A stretch of 64,000 nucleotides of DNA from the IMG/VR virus record IMGVR_UViG_3300044606_000144, positions 112,306-176,305 of that record; one strand, 5' to 3'. The translations under genes were made by a program, and so were the position numbers. Below the pieces are notes generated by a model that worked only from the letters and a program-made list of their open reading frames with translations, had not been told where the DNA came from and made no database searches. Shown here in pieces: positions 31,054 to 39,488 of this stretch. Source of the DNA: a virus. Position 1 is the first letter of the stretch. Each line of letters opens with the position of its first letter.

Positions 31054-31659
31054 TTAGAGTAATAATATTTTGATCAGCATTAATAGAAGTGCCATACTTA
31101 CAAAAAATGTGACCAATAATTTTAACTTATTAACTCCAACCAATTTTTCTGTTTTACTTAGAACTATAGTTTTTTGTTGATTTTTATTTACACCCATATT
31201 ACCATTCAAACCAACATAAAAACTAGTTTTATTTTTAAAAAATGGACAATTATTATTTTTATTTAGAAGTGTAGGTTGTCCAGAGAGTGTGGATCGTTCA
31301 AATATAGAACTTATTAATTCTTCCTTATTATTACCGTAAACTTTAGTAAAATCTTGCACTTCATATAAAATATTTTTATATTCAGAATATTTTAAATATC
31401 TATGAAATTCATACAATAAATGATTTTCAATGGTTGGGTTTTCTTGGTTTTGTACAAACAAGTATGTAGAAAAATCTAATATAGTTTTATTTTTATTAAC
31501 TTCTTCATATGTTTTTTCTGCTATTCTTAACCTTTCTAAAATATCCTGTTCATTATTTAAATAATTATATACGTTTAACGTTGGTATAAAACATATATTA
31601 GACAGCGAACTCGCTGCATATACACAATTCTTACAGTAAACACATGTATTTTCATCCAT
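31054..31659 (-). CDS. hypothetical protein with C-terminal membrane anchor
   Basis: Cys cluster at the N-terminus, hydrophobic C-terminus. Confidence 0.55.
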   Translation of the reverse strand: MDENTCVYCKNCVYAASSLSNICFIPTLNVYNYLNNEQDILERLRIAEKTYEEVNKNKTILDFSTYLFVQNQENPTIENHLLYEFHRYLKYSEYKNILYEVQDFTKVYGNNKEELISSIFERSTLSGQPTLLNKNNNCPFFKNKTSFYVGLNGNMGVNKNQQKTIVLSKTEKLVGVNKLKLLVTFFVSMALLLMLIKILLL

Positions 31660-32045
31660 TAGAATAACCTAGCCTGCTCTTTAGATTCAACAAAATTAGT
31701 ATCACTTATCAGTTGATTAGTGTGTTCATCATCTTCATCTGCCGGAATAATTTGATATTGAGTATTAAATTCAATCGTTATTTCTGAACACACTCTAACT
31801 AAAATCCTTTTACCACAGTTGTCACAATAAAGGTATTCTTCTACTTCGTTCTCGTCCCCATCTTCACCATCATGTAACAATTCCAATTCTACTTCATTAG
31901 CTATATCTAAAGCATCATCTAATGGATCTCCACAATATGGACATTCCGGATTATACTGAATCCATTTATTAGATTTAGCTAACCTTTCAGCAACAATCTG
32001 ATTTTGTTTGGCTTCAAGATCTTTAATCGTTGGCCTATTATCCAT
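31659..32045 (-). CDS. zinc-ribbon hypothetical protein
   Basis: CPYCG..CDNCG. Confidence 0.6.
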   Translation of the reverse strand: MDNRPTIKDLEAKQNQIVAERLAKSNKWIQYNPECPYCGDPLDDALDIANEVELELLHDGEDGDENEVEEYLYCDNCGKRILVRVCSEITIEFNTQYQIIPADEDDEHTNQLISDTNFVESKEQARLF

Positions 32046-32058
32046 TACACGTTCTCCC

Positions 32059-32586
32059 CTACCAAGAAGACTGATATTTGATAGTTTCAGTTTCGAAATT
32101 GGTATGTGTCAAAATGCTGTCTAAAATTTCAGCAGTTTGACTTAAGTCCCTGTAGTAATATTCATCGTAATCATATGAACCAAAGAAAAAACCTGGTCGA
32201 GTTGGGAGCAGCTCCATTGCTCTTTCCGGATTAAGCATAACAGCATCAACGGTGTCATAGAGCTCCTGTAGTTGTTTTTTGGTTACAAGATAAGATCCGC
32301 AATCATCTACACCATTCTGAACATGATTGACAAACCAGTTGTGGATTTGATTAGCCTTTCGCCAATAACCAACTTCTTCTGTTTTAACCTTTAATACCTT
32401 TTCTTCAATGATCTGGCAAATTTCTAAAGACATTCTTTTAAATTCATTTAATTCCTCTTCCATGGTGTAATCTTCGAAAATTACAGTTGCACCAATTTGC
32501 TGGTCAATATAATCAGCAACTTCAGCCTTAACTTCATCTGGAATAACCTTACCTGTCACTTTAACTAAATACATATCCAGTCCCAT
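32059..32586 (-). CDS. conserved hypothetical phage protein
   Basis: MGLDMYL, YWRKANQIHNWF, LLPT..GFFFG, YQSSW. Confidence 0.75.
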   Translation of the reverse strand: MGLDMYLVKVTGKVIPDEVKAEVADYIDQQIGATVIFEDYTMEEELNEFKRMSLEICQIIEEKVLKVKTEEVGYWRKANQIHNWFVNHVQNGVDDCGSYLVTKKQLQELYDTVDAVMLNPERAMELLPTRPGFFFGSYDYDEYYYRDLSQTAEILDSILTHTNFETETIKYQSSW

Positions 32587-32649
32587 TCTTATTCCCCCTA
32601 AATTCAATTTATATAATTATAACATATTACCTCATCTTTGTAAATAGTC

Positions 32650-32677
32650 AAAAAAAAAAGAGACCTCGTCAGGTCTC
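32650..32677 (-). terminator. intrinsic terminator ending the tRNA cluster
   Basis: GAGACCT/AGGTCTC hairpin plus long U tract. Confidence 0.8.
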
Positions 32678-32682
32678 CTTTT

Positions 32683-32780
32683 GTTGTTAGTGCAAGACTT
32701 TAACGTGCATCTTCTAGACCACTAGTGCTCTATTAACGTTAATCCGGATTAACAATTAATACATTGAGCTAACCAACAAC
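32683..32780 (-). ncRNA. tRNA-like RNA: 9-bp acceptor, hairpin in D-loop, 4-nt anticodon loop
   Basis: GTTGTTGGT/ACTAACAAC; GCTC..GAGC enclosing a long AT hairpin; CTAG-TGGT-CTAG. Confidence 0.55.
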
Positions 32781-32788
32781 TAAATCTT

Positions 32789-32892
32789 TGGCTGACCGGG
32801 CGTCATTTGCAGACACATCTTCTCCTCAACAAGGAGTGCTTTACTTTACCAATACAGCTCTAGAACCAATATTGGCATTAAGCTACCGGTAC
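32789..32892 (-). ncRNA. tRNA-like RNA with hairpin in D-loop (GTT at anticodon position)
   Basis: GCTT..AAGC enclosing CCAATA..TATTGG hairpin; CTCC-TTGTTGA-GGAG; G-CCA end. Confidence 0.55.
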
Positions 32893-32900
32893 ATATATTC

Positions 32901-32976
32901 TGGTAGCCCCGCGGAGAATCGAACTCCGACCACCAGGTTGAAAACCTGACGTTCTTTACCATTAAACTACGGGGCC
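32901..32976 (-). tRNA. tRNA-Glu(TTC)
   Basis: canonical cloverleaf, CCA. Confidence 0.92.
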
Positions 32977-32987
32977 ATCTTTCAAAT

Positions 32988-33074
32988 TGGTGCGGATAGT
33001 CAGATTTGAACTGACACGAGCTTTCGCTCACTAGCTTCTAAGGCTAGCGTGGCTTCCAGTTACACCATATCCGC
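32988..33074 (-). tRNA. tRNA-Leu(TAG)
   Basis: class II cloverleaf, CCA. Confidence 0.92.
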
Positions 33075-33084
33075 AAAATATAAA

Positions 33085-33125
33085 TGGTGACCCCGGACAG
33101 AATCGAACTGTCATCAGTGGATTAA
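33085..33125 (-). pseudogene. 3' exon of disrupted intron-containing tRNA-Lys(TTT)
   Basis: TTAA-TCCAC..GACAG-TTCGATT-CTGTC-CGGGGTC-ACCA; pairs with GACCCCG at 34397-34403. Confidence 0.8.
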
Positions 33126-33468
33126 CCTGCCACTACGGTTTTCACCGCCAGATGCGCCTCTGTTTGTGGTCTGGACTTTGCCTTCACCTTATCGGCCTCC
33201 TAATTTAAGCGCTACTTAGGAGATTCAATAGGCAGCGCACGGCAATATACCTATTGTTATCGAATTAGGGTCCCCCGTCAAGTCTCTACACCTTACCGAA
33301 CTAACAAAACCTAGGTTTATACTATTCCGCGGAGAATGTCTTTAACTAGTTTTGTTAGAATGGTCTTGGCTCGGCGTTGGCATAACTAGGACTCATAACC
33401 CATAGCTAAGCGTTCACCGAATTTGAGGGAATTCACTAGTACGTTTCCATACTAGAGCTCCTTTTAAA
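33126..33468 (-). ncRNA. group I intron in a tRNA anticodon loop
   Basis: core motifs AAATTCGGTGAA (P), AACGCCGAGCCAAG (Q), GTGTAGAGACTTGACGG (R), AAGGCAAAGTCC (S); CUU/GAG P1; terminal G. Confidence 0.88.
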
Positions 33469-33498
33469 AAGTCCGCTGAATAAAATTTTTGTTAGTTT

Positions 33499-33576
33499 TG
33501 GTAGGCCCGAAGGGCCTCGAACCCTCAACTTGCAGATTAAAAGTCTGCTACTCTAACCAAATTGAGTTACGGGCCT
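33499..33576 (-). tRNA. tRNA-Lys(TTT), intronless
   Basis: GCAGA-CTTTTAA-TCTGC arm, CCA. Confidence 0.92.
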
Positions 33577-34313
33577 ACATTATCAATAAAATTTCTAATC
33601 AAATCAATATACTTATCTGAATCATTTCGTAAATCAATCCATTTAATTCTTAAAACTTTCCAACCATTAGAACAAATTAATTTATCTCTCTTAATATCTC
33701 TGTCTATTACACCTTGATTTGCATAATGTTGACTACCATCAATTTCAATATATTTTTTTAGTTTTACCCAAGCAAAATCTAAAAAATAACCATATATCGG
33801 ATAATTATATAGATAATCTAGATTATTTATGTTATCTTCTACTAGTTTCATAAAAAAAATTTCAGGATATGATGGTTTAAAACACCAACCAGATCTTCCC
33901 TCTAAATAATTTTTTTGAGCAGTTAATCTAATCTTATGTCTTGTTTCATCGGTATGTCTTCTATTAGTAAACGAAGGTATAATTATACCATTTTTAATTC
34001 TAGAATTAAATGTTTCACTCTGTTTATTAACTCTATAATCAGAATTTTTATCTAAACCTTTATTCCATATTATTCTTGCACCTGAACAATATGTATAATG
34101 TTGTGCAGCAGATGATTTATTATCAAATTCACGACCACATAATATGCATATATATTTGCAATCTTTTTCTTCATATTTAATATTATCAACAACTTTTCCT
34201 TTACAGCTTTTAACATGTCTATTAAATGCAGTAGTGCCAATCATTCTATGACATATCGGGCATTCTTTTTTAGCCCCGCGGATCTTACTATAATTAAAAT
34301 TATTTTTCCTCAG
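33567..34313 (-). CDS. Zn-finger + DUF559-like putative homing endonuclease
   Basis: LDFAW..YIEIDGSQHY; probable CTG start at 34313 by alignment with 56274..57005. Confidence 0.78.
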   Translation of the reverse strand: MRKNNFNYSKIRGAKKECPICHRMIGTTAFNRHVKSCKGKVVDNIKYEEKDCKYICILCGREFDNKSSAAQHYTYCSGARIIWNKGLDKNSDYRVNKQSETFNSRIKNGIIIPSFTNRRHTDETRHKIRLTAQKNYLEGRSGWCFKPSYPEIFFMKLVEDNINNLDYLYNYPIYGYFLDFAWVKLKKYIEIDGSQHYANQGVIDRDIKRDKLICSNGWKVLRIKWIDLRNDSDKYIDLIRNFIDNVGP

Positions 34314-34373
34314 CTAAAAAACCACCTAACTATAATAATATTATAGTTAAGTTTAGTTTTAGCTACATATTAC

Positions 34374-34403
34374 TCCGCTGCTCTCCCATTGAGCTACGGG
34401 GTC
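34374..34403 (-). pseudogene. displaced 5' half of tRNA-Lys
   Basis: GACCCCG-TA-GCTCAATGGGAGAGC-A-GCGGA. Confidence 0.8.
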
Positions 34404-34420
34404 ATATTTAATTGTCATAT

Positions 34421-34506
34421 TGGTGCGAGTAGACAGAATCGAACTGTCACGCCCCTTCGAGCAGTGGATTTTGAGTCCACCGTGGCTTCCGTTACACCAT
34501 ACTCGC
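34421..34506 (-). tRNA. tRNA-Leu(CAA)
   Basis: class II cloverleaf, CCA. Confidence 0.92.
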
Positions 34507-34521
34507 ATATAATTGTCATAT

Positions 34522-34596
34522 TGGTACACTAGGTGGGTGCTGACCCCACGACCCCCGCTTTAAGAGAGCGATGCTCTACCGTTGAGCTACTAGTGT
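34522..34596 (-). tRNA. tRNA-Lys(CTT)
   Basis: CTCTTAA loop; T-loop GTCAGCA; CCA. Confidence 0.85.
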
Positions 34597-34600
34597 GTAT

Positions 34601-34674
34601 TGGAGGATCTACAAAGATTTGAACTTTGATCTCACGCTAATCGGGCATGCATTCTACCATTGAACTATAGATCC
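34601..34674 (-). tRNA. tRNA with GAT (Ile) anticodon in an atypical loop
   Basis: CATGC-CCGATTA-GCGTG; C33, T37, U73; otherwise canonical. Confidence 0.6.
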
Positions 34675-34688
34675 AAAACATTTTTAAC

Positions 34689-34780
34689 GTTGATATGGAA
34701 GGCTTCGAACCTTCATCTCTCTGAGTGGCTGATCAATTCCTACCTAGTTGTCCTTATTACCAATTAAACGACATATCAAC
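34689..34780 (-). ncRNA. tRNA-like RNA with 9-bp acceptor and irregular anticodon region
   Basis: GTTGATATG/CATATCAAC, AATTGGTA D-loop, GAAGG-TTCGAAG-CCTTC. Confidence 0.55.
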
Positions 34781-34783
34781 TAA

Positions 34784-35604
34784 GTTATATCAAGAGGAAT
34801 CGAAAGTCCTCAATTTTAAACTTAATATTAGAGGTGACTGCCAATGTTAAATGAAGATTTCTTATTTACTGAAGAAGAATTAAAAAATGCTAAGTCACAA
34901 GATCTATTGCCATGTAAATGTAACTTTTGTGGAAAAACCTTTTATAGATATAAGAGAGATATACTTACAAATATTAAACTTAAACGTAAACATATTTTTT
35001 GTTCTCACAAATGTAGTTCATCTAATATTACAACTTACTTTTTAAAATGTGAACAATGTGGTAAAGAAATAATAAGAACTGAATCTTGGTCTAAAAAATC
35101 TAAACACCATTTCTGTTCACATTCTTGTGCTGTCAAATATCAAAATACTAATAAAACTACTGGTTTTAGAAGATCTAAATTAGAAATATATCTTGAAAAT
35201 AGATTAACTGAATTATATCCAAATTTAGAAATTATTTACAATGACCGCAACACTTTAGGTAATGGTCTAGAAATCGATATTTATATACCTTCATTAAAAC
35301 TTGCTTTTGAATTAAATGGCCCTTTTCATTATATTCCAGCTTTCGGTCAAGAAAAGTTAGATAATATTAAAAATAATGATTCATTAAAGTTACAAAAATG
35401 TCAAGAACTTGATATTAATGTTTGTGTTATCGACGTATCTAAAGAAAAAGGTTTTACTGAAAAACGTGGAAATAAGTACTTAAATATAATTAAACAATTT
35501 TTAATTTAGGTAATATTACCATACTCCCAACGCCATCCAAGAATCGAACCTCTGTCTTCGGGCGGCTGCCCATTGATGTCCTAGCCACTAGACGATGATA
35601 TAAC
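34784..35604 (-). pseudogene. tRNA-like RNA (9-bp acceptor) split at the T-loop by element copy 5
   Basis: 5' part 35541..35604, 3' part 34784..34804; TTCGATTC duplicated; GTTATATCA/TGATATAAC. Confidence 0.7.
34844..35509 (+). CDS. family A putative homing endonuclease, copy 5
   Basis: paralog with the same motifs. Confidence 0.8.
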   Translation: MLNEDFLFTEEELKNAKSQDLLPCKCNFCGKTFYRYKRDILTNIKLKRKHIFCSHKCSSSNITTYFLKCEQCGKEIIRTESWSKKSKHHFCSHSCAVKYQNTNKTTGFRRSKLEIYLENRLTELYPNLEIIYNDRNTLGNGLEIDIYIPSLKLAFELNGPFHYIPAFGQEKLDNIKNNDSLKLQKCQELDINVCVIDVSKEKGFTEKRGNKYLNIIKQFLI

Positions 35605-35615
35605 CAAATTTTTAT

Positions 35616-35657
35616 TGGTGGACGTACATGGATTCGAACCATGGGCCTGAGTCTTAT
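35616..35657 (-). pseudogene. orphan tRNA 3' half (Ile-like)
   Basis: ATAA-GACTC..CATGG-TTCGAAT-CCATG-TACGTCC-ACCA fused to the CCA of the next tRNA. Confidence 0.7.
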
Positions 35658-35751
35658 TGGTGGAAGGGGAGGGAGTTGAACCCTCTAAAAAACGGTCTTT
35701 CCGTTCAATGGCTTATAAGGCCACCCGCTCCTCCACTTTGCGTTCCCTTCC
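35658..35751 (-). tRNA. tRNA-Ile(TAT) with long variable arm
   Basis: GTGGC-CTTATAA-GCCAT arm, GAACGG/CCGTTT variable arm, A73, CCA. Confidence 0.8.
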
Positions 35752-35820
35752 AAAATTCTAATATTAACTTATTTAATTTTCAAATATTGATTTTAAGTTT
35801 ATTTTTAGTAAGATTTTAAA

Positions 35821-35949
35821 CTCGGTTTGATGGCAGGGATTCGAACCCTGCATCCCCGCCCCCATGCGCTACCGGCATTGATTCTCTACATGAACCTAAC
35901 CAGTCCGCATGCGGGGCAGTGTCATACCATTAGACCACATCTCGCCGAG
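35821..35949 (-). ncRNA. tRNA-like RNA with greatly extended anticodon arm
   Basis: D arm GTCTAATGGTATGAC, CTGCCCC/GGGGCGG + CATG/CATG stem around about 40 nt, T arm TTCGAAT. Confidence 0.5.
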
Positions 35950-36078
35950 CTGCAGATTGTCAAAATTATAATGGTGCCGAGGGGGGGACTTGAACCCCCA
36001 TGGACTATCGTCCGTCTGATTGACAGACACATAAGAAATAAAACACGCAAAAATAAACTTAATATTGAGGTGATAAAT

Positions 36079-36555
36079 ATGAAGATCATAGATACAATAG
36101 ATAAAGAATATTTCATTGAAGTTTGTAATAATTCAGCAACAATGTGTCAAGCCGCGGCGATTCTTAAACTTCATTTTAATACATTTGCAAGAATTGCAAA
36201 GGAATTAAACTGTTATAAACCAAATCGAGGTGGGGCCGGGACTAAAAAAATGAAGAATACCGTATTTGAGACTCATGCACAAATTTTTTCCGGTAATTAT
36301 CCTGAATACCAAACAAATAAACTAAGAGAATTAATTTTAAAATACAACTACAAATCTCGGCGATGTGAAGTTTGTGGTTTAGAAACTTGGAATGATAAAC
36401 CTATACCATTGGAACTGCATCATATTGACGGTGATAGGTGTAATCATAAACTTGATAACTTATTACTTATATGTCCAAATTGTCATTCACAAACAAAAAC
36501 TTTCCGCGGAAAAAATTCTAAAAAGAATTTAAATGGTGGCCCGAGAGAGATTTGA
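36079..36555 (+). CDS. HNH endonuclease
   Basis: CEVCG..LELHHIDGDRCNH..NL..ICPNCH; GAGGTG SD before ATG 36079. Confidence 0.9.
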   Translation: MKIIDTIDKEYFIEVCNNSATMCQAAAILKLHFNTFARIAKELNCYKPNRGGAGTKKMKNTVFETHAQIFSGNYPEYQTNKLRELILKYNYKSRRCEVCGLETWNDKPIPLELHHIDGDRCNHKLDNLLLICPNCHSQTKTFRGKNSKKNLNGGPREI

Positions 36556-36619
36556 ACTCTCAATCCCAACTGGGCGAGGCATTTTAAGTGCCTTGCGTAT
36601 GCCGTTCCGCCATCGGGCC
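36534..36619 (-). tRNA. tRNA-Leu(TAA)
   Basis: AGGCA-CTTAAAA-TGCCT arm, class II, CCA. Confidence 0.92.
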
Positions 36620-36666
36620 TAAGTCAGATGCGTAAACCGTTCCGCCACCCCGGCGATACATTGGAT

Positions 36667-36695
36667 ATTATATCATATATCTTTTGGTATGTAAA
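36667..36695 (-). promoter_or_regulatory. promoter of the main tRNA cluster
   Basis: TTTACA-17bp-TGATATAAT about 12 nt before the tRNA-Leu 5' half. Confidence 0.78.
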
Positions 36696-37205
36696 CAGCC
36701 CAAAAATATTAATTTTCTATTTAAAGATGATCATAATATTTATATAAATTATTTGCCTGAACTCTTACAGAGTTGAGAAGCATTTTAACTGTCTCTACTT
36801 CACCTTCATTTAGGTAGTCAATTAAACCATTAACTGCATTAAGCAAAGACTCAGAATCTCGCTTAATTGCGTCTGAAAACTTCTGAGGAACAAATTTAAC
36901 TTCCTCTTGAGAAGATGCGCCTTTTACTATATTATCTAATTCTGTAAATATACCTTCATCATTGGCCATTAAATAGCAACCTCTATTCTTTTATTTTGAC
37001 ATTGACATGCTCAAACTTAACCGGGTGATCGGTCCATCGATCTTCAGCATAATCTTTCAACTGAGGCATAATTTCTAACTTCTTACCTTCAACATTAAAA
37101 CCGAGATCTTCAAGATACTGCCGGATAAGGATCTCCACTTCGCTTGCGGGAATCTTAAGATTAATTTCCAGTTTATTATCTTTAGATTTCATTATAATTC
37201 ACCTC

Positions 37206-37556
37206 TTAAAAATTGTAGTCGTAAAACTCACTGGCAACATTGATAGCAAGCCCAGGACTGCGATCATTACTTCCAACTTCACACCAACGGCCATTCTTGC
37301 GAAGTGAAAATTTCCGAGTATAACCTGTAGGATCTGCAGCCATCTCCCACTTCTGATTGTCCTGAGTAGTTGCTATAGCGGAAAATCCACCAGGGACGAA
37401 TCCGAGATCTTCAGGTTTATGAAGAGCAACCTTTTTATCACGCTGAACGGTAATGACTCGGCCAGACTTAGAAACATCGATGATAGTGTAGACCTCCCTA
37501 TCCGACCACATGCAATATGTCACTTTCATTCCAACTTCTGGCTTAACGTCCTTCAT
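37206..37556 (-). CDS. hypothetical early phage protein
   Basis: ORF behind promoter 37596-37624. Confidence 0.65.
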   Translation of the reverse strand: MKDVKPEVGMKVTYCMWSDREVYTIIDVSKSGRVITVQRDKKVALHKPEDLGFVPGGFSAIATTQDNQKWEMAADPTGYTRKFSLRKNGRWCEVGSNDRSPGLAINVASEFYDYNF

Positions 37557-37735
37557 TTAAATTCATCTCCTAATTAGTTTTTATCTAACAAGGATATTAT
37601 ATCATAAATTTTGGCTAATGTACATGGTTAATATTAATAACAATCAAGCAGTTTTTCTAGAGGAGATTTAACCGTCTAAATATTAGTAGGAAGATCTTCA
37701 TCAGAACAATTAAAAACAACAATAGTCACCTATAT

Positions 37736-39448
37736 TCACTTCCTTTTAAATATTAACAAGTTGTTAACAAACCAACCCATGTAATAACCAGAATTTTTAC
37801 AGAATTCAATACAATTATTCTCTAAATCTTCACATCTAGTTAAACCTAAAGCTTCAAACTTATCAGACCAATACTGCTTTGGTCTACAGTTAATATGCCC
37901 AACTCCACTTTGACCCGGTTGAGCTGCTGTAAAAATTAAATAGCCGTTTTCATCAATATACTTACCAATGTTATCAACTGCCAGATCTGCATATTGTGGG
38001 TCAATATGTTCAAGTACTTCTAAACATATAGCTAAATCTGTTGGTTCTAGAAAATCTGGGTCTAATAGATTATCATAAAATATGTTCTTACTACAATATT
38101 CATCAGCATCTACTCTTTTATCGATATCAAATCCTGTTGTTTCTATTCCAATTTTATTTAAAGCAACAACATGATGACCTGGGCCGCAACCAATATCTGT
38201 ACAATCGGCTGGATTTAATGTTTCTTTAATCCATTTAGCTAGATTGTCAGCAAAGGGTTTTTCTTCTTTATATATCGTATCATAGTCTAAAGTTTCGTAA
38301 ACACCCGGGTAATGACGGAACTTATAATCTAAATCAGATCTATTTGGATTTCTTTCATACCAACCCTGCTTCCCATAAATGTTGTGAATTGCTGCAAAAT
38401 ACTCTTCATACATTCCAGCAACTTTTTCCATTGAAAAATTGTGAAGAGCCCATTCTCTACAATCTGAAGGTTTAATTTTATCAATGTTTTTAGCTGCCCA
38501 AACGAATTCTTCAAATGTACGACATCGGTAACCTGTTACTCCATGGATATTATTCTCAGTAAATGCTCCCCAATCTGTTGTGATAGTTGGAGTTCCTGAG
38601 AACAAACATTCGATTTGTACTCCACCAAAAGGTTCGTTATACAATGATGCAATAAATGCACCCTTTGCGTTAGCCATTAAACGTTTTCTAGTTTCAACAT
38701 CAGCATAGCCTACAAATTTTACATGTTTAGGAATTTCTTTATATCCACAATCATGTAGATTATTTTGACCAGCAACAACTAGAGTAGCTCCTATTTCTTG
38801 AGTTACCTGAATAGCAATGTGAATACCCTTTCCTTCATAAACTCTACCAAGAAATAAGAAATAATCACTCTTGTCTTCTTTATATTCAAAATCATCTGGA
38901 TCAAAATAATTTGGAATTACTACATCATACCAGCCTTGCATGCAGGTTCCAACTGAAGGCAGACCGTAGTAAGCATGCATCATAGCATAAGATTCAAAAA
39001 CTTTAAAATTGGCCCAATGTCCACCTGCATAACCAATGCCTGGTTCAACTGTAATAAGATCTGGATGCGCATCACATATTGGTCTGACACCAGCACCCCA
39101 AAATGGTAAGATGAAATCGTTTGGTTGTTTACGTAAACCAACTTCTCTTATTGCATTTCTGTAAAATGTCTGATAGGCGTGATCGCCGCAGTCAAATTTG
39201 AAGAAATTTGACCTCCAGTCATGATCACCGTAAGCAATTTTCCAGTCTTCACTTGACAACACACTTACATGTTCGGTACAAGGGACATCCGATTCTTCAT
39301 GACCATAGTGGAAAACAGTATGACCTCTTTCGGTCATCATTTTGCAAAACTTAAGTACTTTAGCTGTATATGCGCATGCGTTGAATTCTTTAGATGTAAC
39401 CGTATGTGGAAGCGAAAGTACATGGAAACGATATTTCTATAAACTCAT
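37736..39448 (-). CDS. GT4-like glycosyltransferase fused to a class I SAM methyltransferase; in-frame TAG at codon 4
   Basis: FLGRV..KG, EPFGGV.IE, DIGCGPG, LEVLEHI; frame open from 39436. Confidence 0.8.
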
Positions 39449-39488
39449 ATACTATTATCCTCTTTTCTAAATTTAAAATTTCTACAAA

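Larger units (their letters stand above)
33479..34373 (-). mobile_element. endonuclease + tRNA-Lys cassette inserted in tRNA-Lys
   Basis: flanked by the 7-bp direct repeat CAGCGGA (33472-33478, 34374-34380). Confidence 0.8.
36022..36619. mobile_element. HNH endonuclease + tRNA-Leu cassette inserted in tRNA-Leu
   Basis: lies exactly between the two halves of the outer tRNA-Leu. Confidence 0.82.
35972..36654 (-). pseudogene. tRNA-Leu split in the anticodon loop (5' half 36620..36654, 3' half 35972..36021)
   Basis: GCCGGGG/CCTCGGC and TCTGA/TCAGA pair across the insertion; class II variable arm. Confidence 0.85.

Noticed and set aside
35827..36078. N-terminal extension of the HNH ORF, and similar extensions at 17303-17437 and 55373-55483
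   Set aside because: They run antisense through tRNA sequences; SD sites and paralog alignment place the starts downstream.
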